Source: Octopus vulgaris
Lineage: Eukaryota
Assembly: GCA_951406725.2 (NCBI GenBank)
Contig: OX597825.1
Coordinates: 17,794,001 to 17,858,000 of the forward strand
Direction of reading: 5' to 3'
DNA length: 64,000 nt
Shown piece by piece: positions 61,241 to 64,000 of this stretch. A program made the translations under genes and the position numbers. Under the pieces are notes generated by a model that saw only the letters and a program-made list of their open reading frames with translations, searched no databases and was not told the origin of the DNA. Within the stretch, counting starts at the first letter, position 1, and every line of letters starts with the position of its first letter.

Positions 61241-62658
61241 AGGAATGTTGTTATAGGGTAAAAGTCGTTGTGCCCGTTGGTTTTTAAAAGCAAAATCTTA
61301 GTTTATTTAAGCATTCCAAAATATTCTGTAAATGCTGGTTTGATTAGAGTCATCAAATATATGAAGAAGGGACAAATAGAATTTCACTTAATCTTGAAGG
61401 GTTCTGTATTAGAAGATTATATTATGATATTTCAAAGTGCTTCATTGCAACAAATATGGGAATGTATATAATGCTTGTGTGTGTACAAGTGCTCTGTTTT
61501 TTCATTCGTTATTTGAAGTCGTTCTGTATTCAAGGAGTTGCTTCTAACGAAGATGCAAAGCTCCAGCTTTGGAAACTACATAACAAAGATGTGGAACTTG
61601 AGAATTTTTGTTTATATTTACTGTTCTACTAAGAGTTTGTAAAATGTAAGTTGAAAATACATGTTAGTTGATTTTATTTTTGTGAAACCCAATATCTTCT
61701 GGATGGAAACTTAGGAAAACCATAATACCATATTACACTTTAAATATATTATAGCTTTAACATATTACTGTTGACTTCTTTTTATCCTCTTTTTTGTCGT
61801 TATCGATATGATCAGAATCGGCTTCGTCTCTTGACTATCAAAGAACATGCACGTGCTGTACTTCAATTGTATTACATACCTAATCATTTGGATCTAATAT
61901 CCAAAACGTTCAACTAAGACGATGCTTTCGTTCGCGTCATAATTTATTCTGTACCATATTATACAATAGAATTATCTTTATTACCCACAAGGGTCTAAAC
62001 ACAGAGGGGACAGACAAGGACAGACAAACGGATTAAGTCAATTACATCGACCCCAGTGCGTAACTAGTACTTAATTTATCGATCCCGAAAGTATGCAAGG
62101 CAAAGTCGTCCTCGGCGGAATTTGAACTCAGAACGTAACGGCAGTCGAAATACGGCTACGCATTTCCTTTTTAAATACCGTATGTTGTACTGAGTGTGTT
62201 TTCCAAAGTACGTGTTCCCACGATGTTTATATCTTGCGGAGTGACTCATTGCCGTTGAAATAGCACTTTCCTTTGCAATTTATTAAGTTTAATTGTTATC
62301 AGCTCTAAAGTTTCATTTTCAAATTATATATTTTTTTAGTTGCTATGCAGCAAATTTGATATAATTAAAAATGTCATCAATTATTATATCGATTGATATT
62401 TGGGACATTGTATCAGTAGTTTGGTATACATTTACAAGTAATGACATTTAGAAGACAAAAACCTCTGATTAATCGTTTCAATAATTAATTAGAGGAAGAA
62501 ATTATAGTCAGTCGTAGATTTTTCTGATTGAGACTATTGAAATTCGGAGGAATGGTATTAAACGTCAAGGAGTGGATACCATAGAAATATCAGTATCTCG
62601 CTATAGACAAGCATTAATGGTTACATTAAAAAAATGTGATTACATGTGCTTGTATGTA

Positions 62659-62697
<39 letters not shown>

Positions 62698-62784
62698 TAT
62701 CCATATAAATATATATATATATGTATGTATTATGCATATATATATATATATATATACGTATGTATATATATATTTATATATATA

Positions 62785-62844
<60 letters not shown>

Positions 62845-64000
62845 TTTTTGTTTGAAAATCACCTTTTGTATAAAAGTATGACAAGTCTGTGTTACGATTA
62901 ATCCACTTACTTTGATACTCTCAATATCACGACGAGGTATTCATTTTTATTCACCATAACAATTCCCTCAACATGCTATCATTGTGCATGGTAGACCAAG
63001 CGTGGTTCAATAATCACATGATGAAAGACATTCAAGCTATCATACACTTTACATTTTGATATATCTTCATCATCCTTGACTATATCATCTAATGTGCCCT
63101 TCTGTCGCTATGCGATGGTACACAAAGATTTAGTGGGATACATGGCTGGTGTTGAAAGCTTGTTCAGTGCCCACATACAGAACCTCACGTTGGCACAACG
63201 CTTTACTTCATAATCTGATCTAGTGGAGTAGAAGGTCGATATCACTCCTGATGATGATGTGACTGTTGATTAAATTATGCACGTAGATATTGTGATATCA
63301 TGTAAGGCCATATAAAATAATTTGATATTCTCAAATCACTAACTCATATTTCGATAGCCTGTAGTGAGCTATGAGTGATCTACAATATCAACCACATTTA
63401 CTAGCAACTGACACACAAGGGAGATTTTTATACAAAGGAAATTGTGTAAAGCTTTCGAATACTATGTAAATATATCCTCATTTATTGTACCAAAGAAATA
63501 TTCAACTAACTAGCGTATGTAACAAGCATAACTGTTTCAAATGTTGGTACAATGCCACTAATATTAGACTGAGCACTGGGGATCGATTACATTGACCCCA
63601 GTGTGCAAATGGTACTTATTCTATTTTCCCCGAAATGATGGAAGACAAAGCTGACCTCGGTAGAATTTTGAAATTCAGAATTTAATCCCTGGAAAGAAAT
63701 ACGACGAGGAATCTTATGCAATTTTGTAAAGATTTAACGGGCCAGGCAAACGTATAAATATCATTAAAATAGGATGTCCGTATTTGAGTTGAACATGCTT
63801 TGACGTTGGAAGATAACGCTATGTATTGCTTCGGCAATAAATATACTAACATTCGAACGATTGTACATCTCACAGTTGACCTGACGTCATACAAAAGATC
63901 ATAAAGTGAGACATCGCAGTTAAGTGGCTTCGGACTGGGATATACTGCTTGGCAATATGGTTTGTGTCCTACCACAGCTTCTGTTTGACTAAAGCTTGTG

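Overview
AT-rich eukaryotic genomic DNA dense in microsatellites and tRNA-derived SINEs; the repeat landscape suggests an octopod cephalopod (inference, not verified). The window is almost entirely intronic sequence of one minus-strand gene encoding a lachesin/IgLON/DIP-like Ig cell-adhesion protein. Three phase-compatible GT-AG exons are visible (52200-51996, 22093-21944, 11566-11438). The middle exon appears twice (also 29626-29477) because about 7.4 kb is duplicated on either side of a 100-N gap, most likely a haplotype assembly artefact. The introns hold decayed mariner, maT (DD37D) and RTE-LINE fragments and many SINEs. The most notable signal is a set of short, often fold-back elements near (TA)n tracts that carry minimal type-I hammerhead-ribozyme-like motifs with palindromic helix III, as in Penelope-like retroelements and retrozymes. 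These include a canonical-core copy (57240-57300, minus) and a G3:C8-swapped-core family (57760-57810 minus, 57846-57895 plus, 38980-39028 minus). Nearly all ORFs in the supplied track are microsatellite noise. All folds were read by eye and repeat boundaries are approximate.
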